A stretch of 64,000 nucleotides of DNA from positions 2,240,001 to 2,304,000 of the forward strand of contig CM000151.3 of the NCBI GenBank assembly GCA_000004695.1. The letters are read 5' to 3'. Under the pieces are notes generated by a model that saw only the letters and a list, made by a program, of their open reading frames with translations, had not been told where the DNA came from and made no database searches. Of this stretch, positions 11,460 through 25,316 are shown piece by piece (position 1 is the first letter of the stretch; every line of letters begins with the position of its first letter). Both the position numbers and the translations under genes were made by a program. This stretch comes from Dictyostelium discoideum (taxonomy: Eukaryota).

Positions 11460-13406
11460 ATGATGGAGCCAATTAATTATAAAAATATATCATTTAATGA
11501 TATTAAATTAGATAGTAATTGTAATAGTAGTAGTAGTAGTTCAAGTAGTAGTATTGGTAGTAATAGAAGTGGTAGTGGTGGTGGTGGTGCGATTTCAAGA
11601 AAAAGTTTTGATTGTAGTACTAGTAATGGTATTAGTGAATTTGGTGGTGATGATGGTGGTTGTGGTGGTGGTTGTGGTGGTGATATGGGTAATAATATTA
11701 ATATTAGTATTAATAAACGTCATAATTCAGTAAATAGTATTAGTAGTAATAAAAATATAAATTGTTTGTATCATGATTTAAATGATTTAATTACATATTG
11801 TAATGATTGTGAAAGAATGATATGTGTACAATGTATAGTTAGTAATGATCATTGTGGTCATAAATTCACAGAGATATCAAAACCATTTGCGTCAAGTTTA
11901 TTAGAGAAATTTCAAAAACAACAATTCCCAAATCTATTAGGTTATAGAGAAAGTGATAAACATATAATTTCAGCATTAGATTATTGTTGTAATGATGTCG
12001 AGCGCCAACATATAGAATCGGTAAAACAAGTCAAACAACATTTTCAAAAATTAATTGAATCGATTCAGTCCATTGAAAAGGATATCATTGAAAAATTACA
12101 ATCAACAGTTGAATGGAATAAAGAATTACAAAATTCAATTAAACAGCAGTTTGAAAGAGATTCAAAGAAAATCGATTCGATAATTTCAAAACATCATTCG
12201 AAAATCAATGGTTATCAAATTGACCAAATTTACGATTTTGAAACTAAACAACATATTGAAATTATTAAAGATTCAGATCAATGTACACCACTATTAAAAA
12301 GAAGATTGGAGATTTTAAATAATAATTCCTCTTCAAAAATTAAATTTAAAAATGATTTACTTACATTTAATATGGAAATATTTGACGAGATTAAAGAAAA
12401 AGTATTAAATTTCACAAAAATTGAAAATGTAGAATATAAAGATTTAAAATCAACTAAACAACATTTAATGTTAAATAAGAAGATTCAACCTTATAATATT
12501 GATTATTATTTATGTCATGGTGAGCCAATTCCATTAGGTGAGACATCGGTTGCATTGGATTCAAAATATTCTTCAAAATCAATTTGTATTCAGTCAAATA
12601 AAAGTATTGATAGATTGTTATTATGTAATGGTTTTAAATTATCATTGAGTGAGTTTAAAATACCAGATTCAATTAAAACATTGAGAATTGGTGATATTAA
12701 ATACTCTTGGGATGCAAATTCAATACCATCAAGTGTAACAGAGTTACATCTATGTGATGGTTTTAATCATATTCTTTCGAGTGGTATGATACCAAATACA
12801 GTTACAAAATTATATTTATATGATATTAAACAACCTTTAACTATGGGTTCAATACCATCAAGTGTAAATGAATTACATATGTGCGATGGATTCAGTTTAC
12901 AATTGGCTCCATTCGTTTTACCAAATTCTATAACTTCATTAAGTATAGGTGAAATTAAATATTCAATTCTACCAGAATTTATACCATCAAGTGTAAAAAA
13001 GATACGTTTATATAGTAGTTTTAATCATCCAATTATTCCTCAAAATATTTCAGAATCTGTTGAAACTTTAGTATTATTTAATATTAAATTAAATCTTGAA
13101 AATAAAGTAATACCAAAATCAATTAAAGAATTACATTTATGTGATGGATTTGAACAACAAATTCAACCATTCTCAATTGAAAATGGTGGAAAATTAGAGA
13201 AATTGGTATTATGTGATATTAAAGAAAAACTATTAAAAAATTCAATACCAAATTCTGTTAAAAAATTAATTTTCTTAGGTTATAATCATCAATTAGAAAA
13301 TGGTATTTTAAATGATTCTTTAGAATTAATTTATTTTAGTAAAAGTTTTACTCATCCAATTGATAATAATTTAATTCCAAATAATATTGAAATTATAAAA
13401 AAATAA
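11460..13406 (+). CDS. B-box zinc finger plus FNIP-repeat protein, single exon
   Basis: Track ORF, 648 aa. The N-terminal half has a Cys/His B-box-like cluster (CLYHDLNDLITYCNDCERMICVQCIVSNDHCGHKF). The C-terminal half is repeated ~22-aa units with IPSSV(T/N)ELHLCDGFN... and IPNSV.KL.F, the Dictyostelium FNIP-repeat signature. Confidence 0.8.
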   Translation: MMEPINYKNISFNDIKLDSNCNSSSSSSSSSIGSNRSGSGGGGAISRKSFDCSTSNGISEFGGDDGGCGGGCGGDMGNNINISINKRHNSVNSISSNKNINCLYHDLNDLITYCNDCERMICVQCIVSNDHCGHKFTEISKPFASSLLEKFQKQQFPNLLGYRESDKHIISALDYCCNDVERQHIESVKQVKQHFQKLIESIQSIEKDIIEKLQSTVEWNKELQNSIKQQFERDSKKIDSIISKHHSKINGYQIDQIYDFETKQHIEIIKDSDQCTPLLKRRLEILNNNSSSKIKFKNDLLTFNMEIFDEIKEKVLNFTKIENVEYKDLKSTKQHLMLNKKIQPYNIDYYLCHGEPIPLGETSVALDSKYSSKSICIQSNKSIDRLLLCNGFKLSLSEFKIPDSIKTLRIGDIKYSWDANSIPSSVTELHLCDGFNHILSSGMIPNTVTKLYLYDIKQPLTMGSIPSSVNELHMCDGFSLQLAPFVLPNSITSLSIGEIKYSILPEFIPSSVKKIRLYSSFNHPIIPQNISESVETLVLFNIKLNLENKVIPKSIKELHLCDGFEQQIQPFSIENGGKLEKLVLCDIKEKLLKNSIPNSVKKLIFLGYNHQLENGILNDSLELIYFSKSFTHPIDNNLIPNNIEIIKK

Positions 13407-13642
13407 AAAAATTTAAATAAAACAAAAAATAAATAAATAAATAAATAAACTTTTGACCTATTTAAAATATTATAGTAATTATTTTAATTAAAATAAATAT
13501 TTTTTTTTTTTAATTTTTTAATTTTTTTTTTTTTTTTTTTTTGTGTGTTTTTGGTTATGTGTTTGTGAAGAACACCATCCAATTTATTTGTTTTAGAAAA
13601 ACAAATATAAAATTATTTTAAAATTATGATTTATTTTTATTT

Positions 13643-15760
<2,118 letters not shown>

Positions 15761-15995
15761 TTTAAAATAAATGAAAAAATAAAATGAAAAAATAAAAAAA
15801 AAAAAAAAAAAAAAAGGGAAAAAAACAAAAAAAAAGAAAAAAAAAAACAAAAAAAAAGCGAAAAAACTGAAAAAAAAAATTGGAAAAAACTGAGAGTTTT
15901 TAAATAAGATGTTTATTTGTGGCAATATTATTACATTTATAAATAATATATTATTGGTGGTTTAATATATAAATTATAATTTAATTTTTGTAATT

Positions 15996-16334
15996 TTAAT
16001 TACAACCACAATTGTTTGAACCTCCAGTTAAAATGGAACCAACTCCATGTAAAACAGAACCAACAATTACACCAGTACCAGTAAGAACACCACCAACGAG
16101 ACCACCGACTGCACCGAGTAATCCTCCATTTCCACAACCACCGCATTGAATTGAATTCATTGATTGTAAAGAAGATGACGAGTTTGATAATGATGATAAA
16201 TTATTTGATTTTGAAATTGATTTAACATTACCAATTGATGAGATTGAAGCTATTTTAATAATAAAATTTAGAATTATTATTTATTTATTTTTTTTTTTTT
16301 AATTAATTTCTTTTTACATACCTAAAATTGTCAT
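15996..16334 (-). CDS. hssA/2C/7E-family (HssA/B-like) small Gly/Ser-rich protein, copy A; exons 16334..16322 and 16249..15996
   Basis: The 13-nt first exon is ATG ACA ATT TTA G|GTATGT (MTIL+G). Exon 2 follows aaatag and reads [84 protein letters not shown]. From memory this closely resembles known Dictyostelium HssA/B-like proteins; I ran no search. Confidence 0.7.
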
Positions 16335-16416
16335 TTTTATATTTGTTTAATTTTTATTTGTTTGATATACTAATTTTTTTTTTTTTTTTCTTATTAATAC
16401 TTTTTTTTTTATATGT

Positions 16417-16472
<56 letters not shown>

Positions 16473-16947
16473 AACCAAAATGGTAGATTAATTATTGATA
16501 TTCATATTTACAAGATTCTATTATAATATATGTATACTTATGAAAATAATCATATGAATAGGGTAACATGTTTTTTTTAAAGGTTATATAAAGTTAACTT
16601 TTATTAGAAAAATCACAATCACAATCACAATCACAATCACAATAACAATGTAAATTTTTTAAAAAAAATTAATTGTATTCTAATTAGGAAACAGTTTTTA
16701 TACCATTTTAGAACATTTCTTATTTTTTAAAAAAAAAACAATACAATCTAATGACAGTTTTGTTAAAAGGTCAAAAATAATACCCCATTCGTTTTTTTTT
16801 TTTTTTTTTTAAACCCCCTATTAATAAATAAAAAATCAATTAAAAATTATAGATTCAAACAAGGATTGATTGTTTTATATAGAATTAATACATGAATATA
16901 TCATTTTGATGAGAAGTTAATAATTCTTAATATTTTAATAGTATTTT

Positions 16948-16990
<43 letters not shown>

Positions 16991-17062
16991 AATAAAAATA
17001 GTTTATATTTTTTTCATAATTTATTATTATAAAACAAACAAATAAACATTTAAAAATTACAA
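16335..17062. promoter_or_regulatory. Inferred bidirectional promoter region between divergent hssl copies A(-) and B(+). Equivalent regions are 18245..18984 (C/D) and 20211..20936 (E/F)
   Basis: This is inferred only from the head-to-head gene arrangement. The C/D and E/F spacers share a conserved ~240-bp core (ttaaggaaataatgggttaaattttaagagaaaataacacaatcacaattta...ttatcgaaaatgataaacacaactttttt). The A/B spacer instead carries a (CACAAT)5 microsatellite at ~16617..16646. Confidence 0.3.
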
Positions 17063-17416
17063 ATGACAATCTTAGGTAATATTTTAAATAATATATTTAA
17101 ATTTTAAATATATATTTAAAAAAACAATATTAATAAATTTTAAAAATTTCAAAATAATTAAATAGCTTCAATCTCTTCAATTGGTAATGTTAAATCAATT
17201 TCAAAATCAAATAATGTATCATTATCAAATTCATCATCTTCTTTACAATCAATGAATTCAATTCAATGCGGTGGTTGTGGAAATGGAGGATTACTCGGTG
17301 CAGTCGGTGGTCTCGTTGGTGGTGTTCTTACTGGTACTGGTGTAATTGTTGGTTCTGTTTTACATGGAGTTGGTTCCATTTTAACTGGAGGCTCAAATAA
17401 TTGTGGTTGTAATTAA
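17063..17416 (+). CDS. hssA/2C/7E-family protein, copy B; exons 17063..17075 and 17166..17416
   Basis: Same two-exon architecture as copy A (ATG ACA ATC TTA G|GTAATA, acceptor aaatag). Product is 87 aa: [88 protein letters not shown]. It is divergently oriented to copy A and convergent with copy C. Confidence 0.7.
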
Positions 17417-17905
17417 AATTACAAAAATTAAATTATTTATATTTTAAATTAACCAAAAATAAAACCCAATTTTATAATTTGTAAAATAAAAAAAAAAAAA
17501 AAAAAAAAAAATATTAAGTAATACCTTTTTTAAAATTATTATTTAAATTATTATATTTCAAAGTAGTTCTTTTTTTTAAAAAAATAATAAAAGAGTTGTA
17601 ACTTTAAAAAATTATTGGTTGGTCTTTTAAATATAAAAAAAAAAAAAAAAAAAAAATTCCAAATTAAATTATTCCTGGGTAATGCAAATTTTAATAATTT
17701 AAAAAAAATTAAAAAAATAAAAAAAATTATTCAATCAAAAGGATTAATCATAAAAAAAATGAATTTTTATCAATTATTTCAACCTAATGTAATTATCTCA
17801 TTTATTACTTTTTCTTTTTTTTTTTTTCTTTTTTTTTTTACATTTACAAATAATTAAATTTTGTTTATTATAATTTATTTAATATATATTTATATTTTTG
17901 TAATT

Positions 17906-18244
17906 TTAATTACAACCACAATTGTTTGAACCTCCAGTTAAAATGGAACCGACTCCGTGTAAAACAGAACCAACGATTACACCAGTACCAACAAGAACTC
18001 CACCAACGAGACCACCAACTCCACCGAGTAATCCTCCATTTCCACAACCACCACCACATTGAATTGAATTCATTGATTGTAAAGAAGATGATGAATTTGA
18101 TAATGATGATAAATTATTTGATTTTGAAATTGATTTAACATTACCAATTGATGAGATTGAACCTATTTAATTGAAATTTTTAATTAATTACAATTTTTTT
18201 TTTTTTATATTTTTTTTTTTTTTTTTACATACCTAAGATGGCAT
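17906..18244 (-). pseudogene. hssA/2C/7E-family copy C; exon 2 (18162..17906) intact, first exon frameshifted
   Basis: Exon 2 is full length and in frame. The first exon, however, reads ATG CCA TCT TAG|GTATGT. Relative to the family consensus acctaagattgtcat, copy C has acctaagatggcat: a 1-nt deletion plus a substitution. This puts TAG in frame after 3 codons. It is either a pseudogene or a sequencing error. Confidence 0.5.
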
Positions 18245-18342
18245 TTTATTTATTAAGGTTTGGTTATATTTTGGTTTGGATAATTATAAATTTTTAATTT
18301 TTTCAAAATGATACTTTTTTTTTTTTATATAAAAACTTTTAA

Positions 18343-18385
<43 letters not shown>

Positions 18386-18984
18386 ATTATGTATTTGTTT
18401 TTATTAAATAATTGCAAAAAAATATAAGATACCCTACATTATCATTTATATAAAAAATTATATCTTAGATCATTATGATTTATTTTTTAAGGAAATAATG
18501 GGTTAAATTTTAAGAGAAAATAACACAATCACAATTTAAATTATTATAAAATTTATAGATTATTAAATATACAATTCAAATTAAGAAATAACACTTTACC
18601 ATTCTTGGATGATTCTTTTAAATCTTTTATATTCACTATTTAAGAATATCTATCTATATACAAAATTATCGAAAATGATAAACACAACTTTTTTAAACCC
18701 CCCAAAAAAAAAAAAAAAAAAAAAAAAAATAATAAAAAAATAATAAAAAAAAAAAAAATAAAAAATAAAAAATAAAACAAAGATTGAGTGATAAATTCAG
18801 ATTTAATGTATACATCTACAACGATATTATGATTAAAAGTTAAAGCAATACATAAATTTATTACTATTTAATTTTATTTATTTTTCAATTATTTTATTAA
18901 AAAAAAAAATTATAAAAACTTTTTTTTTTTTTTTTTTTTTTATATTCCAAAACAAACAATTAATACTAAAAAATAATATAAAAA

Positions 18985-19336
18985 ATGACAATCTTAGGTA
19001 TGCTTTATATTTTGTAAAAAAAAAATTAATTATTAAATACTTATTTTTCAAAATTTACTATAATAATAATTATTAAATAGGTTCAATCTCATCAATTGGT
19101 AATGTTAAATCAATTTCAAAATCAAATAATTTATCATCACTATCAAATTCATCATCTTCTTTACAATCAATGAATTCAATTCAATGTGGCGGTGGTTGTG
19201 GAAATGGAGGATTACTCGGTGCAGTTGGTGGTCTCGTTGGTGGTGTTCTTACTGGTACTGGTGTAATTGTTGGTTCTGTTTTACATGGAGTTGGTTCCAT
19301 TTTAACTGGAGGTCCAAACAATTGTGGCTGTAATTA
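18985..19336 (+). CDS. hssA/2C/7E-family protein, copy D; exons 18985..18997 and 19080..19336
   Basis: First exon ATG ACA ATC TTA G|GTATGC, second exon after aaatag. Product: [90 protein letters not shown]. Confidence 0.7.
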
Positions 19337-19873
19337 AAATTACAAAATTAAATTATAATTTATATATTAAACCAACCAAAAATTTAACCTCAATTTTATA
19401 ATTTGTAAAATAAAAAAAAATAAAAAATAGAAATATTTAATAATACTTTTTTAAAATTATTTTTAATTATTTAAATTTCAAAGCAGTTCTTTATTTAAAA
19501 AAAACTAATAAAAGAGTTGTAACTTTAAAATTATAAGTTTGTCTTTTAATTAAAAAAAAAAAACCACAAAAAAAAAAAAAAAAAAAATTCCAAATTAATC
19601 CTAGGTAATGAAAATTTAAATAATAATAATTTAAAAAAAAATTAAAACATAAAAAAATCATTCAATCAAAAAGATTAATCATAAAGAAAATGAATTTTTA
19701 TCAATAACCTCATTAATTACTCAAAATACTTTTTTTTTTTTTTTTTTTTTTTATCAATAACCTCATTAATTACTCAAAGCTTTTTTTTTTTTTTTTTTTT
19801 TTTTTTACATTTACAAATAATTAAACTTTGTTTATTTTTAATTTATTTAATATATATTTATAATTTTTTAATT

Positions 19874-20210
19874 TTAATTACAACCACAATTGTTTGAACC
19901 TCCAGTTAAAATGGAACCGACTCCGTGTAAAACAGAACCAACAATTACACCAGTACCAACAAGAACTCCACCAACGAGACCACCAACTCCACCGAGTAAT
20001 CCTCCATTTCCACAACCACCACCACATTGAATTGAATTCATTGATTGTAAAGAAGATGATGAATTTGATAATGATGATAAATTATTTGATTTTGAAATTA
20101 ATTTAACATTACCAATTGAAGAGATTGAACCTATTTAATAATAAAATTTATTAATACAATTTTTTTTTTTTTTATTTTTTATTTATTTTTTACATACCTA
20201 AGATTGTCAT
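19874..20210 (-). CDS. hssA/2C/7E-family protein, copy E; exons 20210..20198 and 20130..19874
   Basis: Same architecture (donor GTATGT, acceptor aaatag), and exon 2 is intact. Position was cross-checked against antisense track ORF 19894..20106. That ORF is near-identical to ORF 17926..18138, which reflects the ~1968-bp repeat period. Confidence 0.7.
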
Positions 20211-20697
20211 TTTATTTGTTTTGTTTTGTTTTGTTTTTATTTTGTTTTGTATATTATTAATATTTTTTTTTTTTTCTTATTTATACTTTTTTTTTATTTA
20301 TAAAAACTTTAAATTTTTTGAAAAAAAAAAAAAAAAACTATATTTTTATTTTTAATAATAACTAAACAATTGTAAAAAATATAAGATACCCTACATTTTC
20401 ATTTATTTAAAAAATTGTATCTTAGATCAGTATGATTTATTTATTAAGGAAATAATAGGTTAAATTTTAAGAGAAAATAACACAATCACAATTTATTATA
20501 AAATTTATAGATTATTAAATATACAATTCAAATTAAGAAATAACACTTTACCATTCTTGGATGATTCTTTTAAATCTTTTATATTCACTATTTAAGAATA
20601 TCTATCTATATACAAAATTATCGAAAATGATAAACACAACTTTTTTAAACCCCCAAAAAAAAAAAAAAAAAAAAAAAATAAAAATAATAAAAAAAAA

Positions 20698-20728
<31 letters not shown>

Positions 20729-20936
20729 AAACAAAGATTGAGTGATACATTGAGATTTAATATACATCTACAACTATATTATGATTAGAAGTTAAACCAA
20801 TACATAAATTTAATATTATTTAATATTATTTATTTTTCAATTATTTTATTAAAAAAAAAAAATTATAAATACTTTTTTTTTTTTTTTTTTTTTATTCCAA
20901 AACAAACAAATAAATAATACTAAATAATAATAAAAA

Positions 20937-21314
20937 ATGACAATCTTAGGTATGTTTTATTTTTGTAAAAAAAAATAAATAAAAAAATAAAATAAAAAAA
21001 AAATTTAATTATTAAATACTTATTTTAAAATTTACTATAATAACAATTATTAAATAGGTTCAATCTCATCAATTGGTAATGTTAAGTCAATTACAAAATC
21101 AAATAATTTATCATCATTATCAAATTCATCATCTTCTACACAATCAATGAATTCAATTCAATGTGGTGGTGGTTGTGGAAATGGAGGATTACTCGGTGGA
21201 GTTGGTGGTCTTGTTGGTGGTGTTCTTGTTGGTACTGGTGTAATCATTGGTTCTGTTTTACACGGAGTCGGTTCCATTTTAACTGGAGGTTCAAACAATT
21301 GTGGTTGTAATTAA
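20937..21314 (+). CDS. hssA/2C/7E-family protein, copy F; exons 20937..20949 and 21058..21314
   Basis: First exon ATG ACA ATC TTA G|GTATGT. Exon 2 reads ...[53 protein letters not shown]. The 3' 180 nt of this gene reappear as an isolated fragment at 25137..25316. Confidence 0.7.
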
Positions 21315-21700
21315 AATTACAAACTTAAATTATAATTAAAATATTAAACCAACCAAAAATAAAACCCAATTTTTTAATTTGTAAAATAAAAAAAAAAAAA
21401 AATAGAATTATTTAATTATACTTTTTTTAAAATTATTTTTTAAATTTATTATTTTTCAAAGTTGTTCTTTATTTAAAAAATTAATAAGAGTTGTAACTTT
21501 AAATTACAAGTTTGTCTTTTAAATATAAAAAAAAAAAATCACAAAAAAAAAAAATTCCAAATTAAATTATCCCTGGATAAGAAAATTTAAATAATAATAA
21601 ATTTAAAAAAAAATAAAAAAATAAAAAAAATCATTCAATCAAAAAGATTAATCATAAAGAAAATGAATTTTTATCAAAAACCTCATTAATTACTCAAAAT

Positions 21701-21759
<59 letters not shown>

Positions 21760-21978
21760 TTATGCTTTTGAATAGAAATCTCCGTTTGGCTGTCCTCGAT
21801 ATGATTATAATCTTCCATCACTCTCGATTAATATATCAAATTATTGTTTTCAAAAGATAATAAATTAACTACATCAATAAAATATATTAACCCCTTTTTA
21901 AAAAGGGGGTCCAAAAAACAAAAACAAAAATTTATATTAAATTTTATATTTGCACACAAATAAAAATAACACAGCTGT

Positions 21979-22010
<32 letters not shown>

Positions 22011-23031
22011 CAGACCCTGTTTGATAACGTAGTGATAAATACTTTTTTATTTATTTATTTTTTTATTAATATTCCAAAACGAACAAACAAATAATACTAT
22101 TAAATAATATCAAAAAATGACAATCTTAGGTATGCTTTATTTTTTGTAAAAAAAAAAAAAAAAAAAAAAATATTTAAATTATTTGTTTTTTAAAAATTTA
22201 ATAATAATTTTATATAGGTTTAATTTCATCAATTAGTAATGTTAAATCAATTTCGAAATCAAATAATTTATCATCATTATCAAATTCATTATCTTCTTTA
22301 CAATCAATGAATTCAATTGAACGCCGTGGCGGCATTAGCATTAGCAATCCAGGATTTCTCGGTGGAATTGGTCGTAACCCTGGTGGTATTCTTGTTGAAA
22401 CTTATGGAAGCTTGGAGGGGGTTCCATTTTAACTGGAGGTTCAAACAATTGTGGTTGTAATTAAAATTACAAAAATTAAATTATAATTTAAATATTAAAC
22501 CAACCAAAAATAAATCCCAATTTTACAATTTGTAAATGAAATAAAAAAAGAGTAATCTTATCTAAATTTTTTTTTTCTAAAATTCAAATAATTATCTTTA
22601 AAATAAAATAAAAATGTAATAAATAAAAATAAAATAAAATAAAATAAAAATAGTATAAAATAAAAATAAAAAAAAAAAATAAAAATAAAATTAAAATAAA
22701 ATAAAAATAAAATAAAATAAAATAATATAAAAAGAATCAATGGTATGTGATAGTGGAGGTAAGTCAGTGCTGTTCTCACTAATGGTGAATTTATTAAAAT
22801 ATTTTTTGTTCAATCGTTGGTGCATTAACAAAATTATTTATATTCTATCTTTTAAACTAAAATTCAAATATTTAAAAATAAAAAATTAAAAATAAAAAAT
22901 TAAAAATAAAAATAAAAAAAATTCCTTTGCCTGAGGGAGGAGATTGATAATTAATTATTACTAATAATAATAATAATAATAATAAATCTTTATTTTTTGG
23001 AAAATGAAAAAAAAAAAAAAAATTGTGATGG
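21135..23031. repeat. Copy 1 of a ~1.9 kb direct segmental duplication; copy 2 is 25137..27040 (offset 4002 bp)
   Basis: The two copies are near-identical (track ORFs 22558..22779 and 26560..26781 translate identically). I saw only one substitution (aattcctttgcc vs aattcatttgcc) and one repeat-length difference. Copy 1 runs directly into the N gap. Confidence 0.8.
22117..22432 (+). pseudogene. Diverged, Cys-less hssA/2C/7E-family copy G (exons 22117..22129, 22218..22432); duplicated at 26119..26434
   Basis: It keeps the family first exon and the N-terminal [29 protein letters not shown]. The conserved QCGGCGNGG block is replaced by [24 protein letters not shown] frame change then gives an early stop (..GSLEGVPF*). 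The downstream gttccattttaactggaggttcaaacaattgtggttgtaattaa is still recognisable but out of frame. A near-identical second copy lies 4002 bp downstream. Confidence 0.45.
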
Positions 23032-23131
23032 NNNNNNNNNNNNNNNNNNNNNNNNNNNNNNNNNNNNNNNNNNNNNNNNNNNNNNNNNNNNNNNNNNNNN
23101 NNNNNNNNNNNNNNNNNNNNNNNNNNNNNNN
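23032..23131. other. Assembly gap (100 N)
   Basis: A run of exactly 100 n characters. Confidence 1.
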
Positions 23132-25136
23132 TGATGTGTTGATGTCAAATGACTAGTAATCTATAAAAATCAAAGTCCGGTTCAAATTTAAAGTCATTTT
23201 AAAAATTTAAATATTTTTCGCTAAAAATTTAAAAAAAATCGATTTTTCAAAAATGGATCGGGGTTTTTATATTTAAAAATCATTCATAAGTAAATTGTTC
23301 CTATTTCCTATAAATTTTCTATAAATTTGAGAATGTTTAAAAACATATACGTTTTTAAATCCTACGAGTAATATTCCTTTTATTTTAATGAAAAGTTATC
23401 ACCTACGAAAAAACACCAAAAAACAGCGATTTTTTCAGAATTTTTTTAGGGGTCTATTTGACCCGCCAGACTACGCGCGTTGTTTCGAGGCTGTGTCAGT
23501 ACATCTGGAAAGCTTACTAGGAACCGTCGGTCGAGTGAACTAAATAGGAGTAATATTTATGAAAGTTACAGTGAAATTTTGCACTTTTTTACCCCCAAAA
23601 ATAGGGGGTACTTGAGAAAGTTTTTTGTAAACCAATTTTTTTTTTAACTTGCCATTTAAAAAGTAAGACATACAAAAGATAGCCCTCATTTTCAGCTATA
23701 TTATATCTAAAAATCATTGGAATAAAAAAATAGTACATATTTTTTTCGAATTTTTTTCGAACCTCCAAATTGAAATTTCTCACATTAATTTTTTTTTTTT
23801 TTATATGAAAAATTTTTTGGCGCCAAAATTTTAATAAGTTTTGATCGTGACCCCCTAGGCAAAAACGGAAAAATACATTAACATCGCCAAGAATATAACT
23901 AATTACAGTTACCTCACGGTCGACTCACCATAAAACCACTGTAATCTGTAAATGAGGATCCAATGTCATATTTTTACGAACTTCCGAGTTAAATAAAAAA
24001 TTGTGTTACTTGGTTGACTCTGCCGTGAGGTAACAGTAAGTGTAAAATTAAAATATCTATCTTTTAAAAAAACTTTGATTGATAAGGAACGACACCATTT
24101 AAATTTTTCGCTAAAATACACCAATTTTTGAATTTATTGGAAAATTTTCACTTTTCGTCCCCAGTCTTTATATTCACTATATGCACATAAGCTATTTGGT
24201 AAAATGTGTCAGAATATCTCTCATTGAGTCTAGTTGCTACTTTTATGGGTCTACATTCACTCAATTTCGTTAATTAAAATATCTATAAAGTTCCTTGAAA
24301 AATCCACGAAAAAACACTGTTTTTGGTGTGTCAACTTGGCGAATTTTTTAGGGGGTCCAGTACCCCCCTTTAAAATACGATCTTGTGTCAGATTATCCCA
24401 AATGCTCTGGAAAGCTTACTAGGAACCGTCGGTCGAGTGAACACGAGGGACTTTTTACTTAGCCTCCTTACACCAAAAAAAACTTGGGAAAAATGGTGAT
24501 TTTTCACTTACCACCCGCCAAAGATTCGATTGAATATTTAATAAAAAAAAATTGAGTGCAAAAAGCGAAATACAGAAGTTAGATACACGATAGATCATTA
24601 ACATACTCAAAAAGAATTAAATTTTAACGAGACGATTTACGCGCAGAATTTTTTTCGATTTTCCGAAAAAAAATTTCTCCATATAAAAAAATTTTTGAAA
24701 ATTTTTTAAAATTTTTTTTTCAGTAATTTTAATTTTTGGTACCTTAATGACCCCGTAGATAAACCGGATCAAGTGATTTCAACTTAGAATTTAATTCTAC
24801 GTCTACCATTACTCATTGGTCGAGTCACCGGTAAACCATAGATTTTTATTTTTCCTCAGATTCAGGCATCGATTCTCGTTGTTGACAAGCCTCAAAATTT
24901 ACTATATCTCAATATTAATTAAAATTAACAAATACAAAAAATAAAGCTCTTTTATATGTATATTGTGGAAGTGGCTATATTCGCTCAATTTTTTTTTATT
25001 AAATATTTTTCATTTTTGCCGGAAAAAAAAAAAAAAAAAAAATTTTCAACTTTCGTCCGAAGTTCCTAAATTTTTTTCTCACTTTAAAATTTAAAAATCC
25101 AATCATACAAAAACATCATAAAAGGGTGAGGATGCT
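23132..25136. repeat. GC-richer ~2 kb block made of ~0.9 kb diverged tandem repeats; probable degenerate repetitive or transposable-element remnant
   Basis: Its base composition differs clearly from the flanks. The 36-mer ctggaaagcttactaggaaccgtcggtcgagtgaac occurs at 23505..23540 and again at 24407..24442 (period 902). Other segments recur with the same period: aaatttttcgctaaaa at ~23210 and ~24100, and ttttcac(t)tttcgtcc at ~24130 and ~25040. Related inverted motifs are present (cggtcgactcacc and ggtcgagtcaccgg). There is no long ORF. I cannot assign it to a named element family. Confidence 0.5.
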
Positions 25137-25316
25137 TCTTTACAATCAATGAATTCAATTCAATGTGGTGGTGGTTGTGGAAATGGAGGATTACTCGGTG
25201 GAGTTGGTGGTCTTGTTGGTGGTGTTCTTGTTGGTACTGGTGTAATCATTGGTTCTGTTTTACACGGAGTCGGTTCCATTTTAACTGGAGGTTCAAACAA
25301 TTGTGGTTGTAATTAA
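25137..25316 (+). pseudogene. 3' fragment of an hssA/2C/7E gene, identical to the end of copy F, with no start or first exon
   Basis: 25137..25316 is identical to 21135..21314 (..[16 protein letters not shown]...NNCGCN*). The sequence upstream of 25137 is unrelated, so this is the truncated 5' edge of the duplicated segment. Confidence 0.6.

Noticed and set aside
17926-18138. Pair of near-identical 70-aa plus-strand ORFs (17926..18138 and 19894..20106) that look conserved
   Set aside because: They lie antisense to hssl copies C and E. They are identical only because the whole ~1.97 kb unit is repeated, so they are not independent evidence for a gene. They start with TTG and have Gln/His-rich codon-repeat content.
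23132-25136. A tRNA gene expected next to the GC-rich insert, since Dictyostelium TRE elements target tRNA genes
   Set aside because: I scanned for A-box/B-box (TRGCNNAGTGG / GGTTCGANTCC-like) motifs and found none. The closest strings (tttttcgaatttttttcgaacctcc at ~23745) do not form a cloverleaf. No tRNA is supported.
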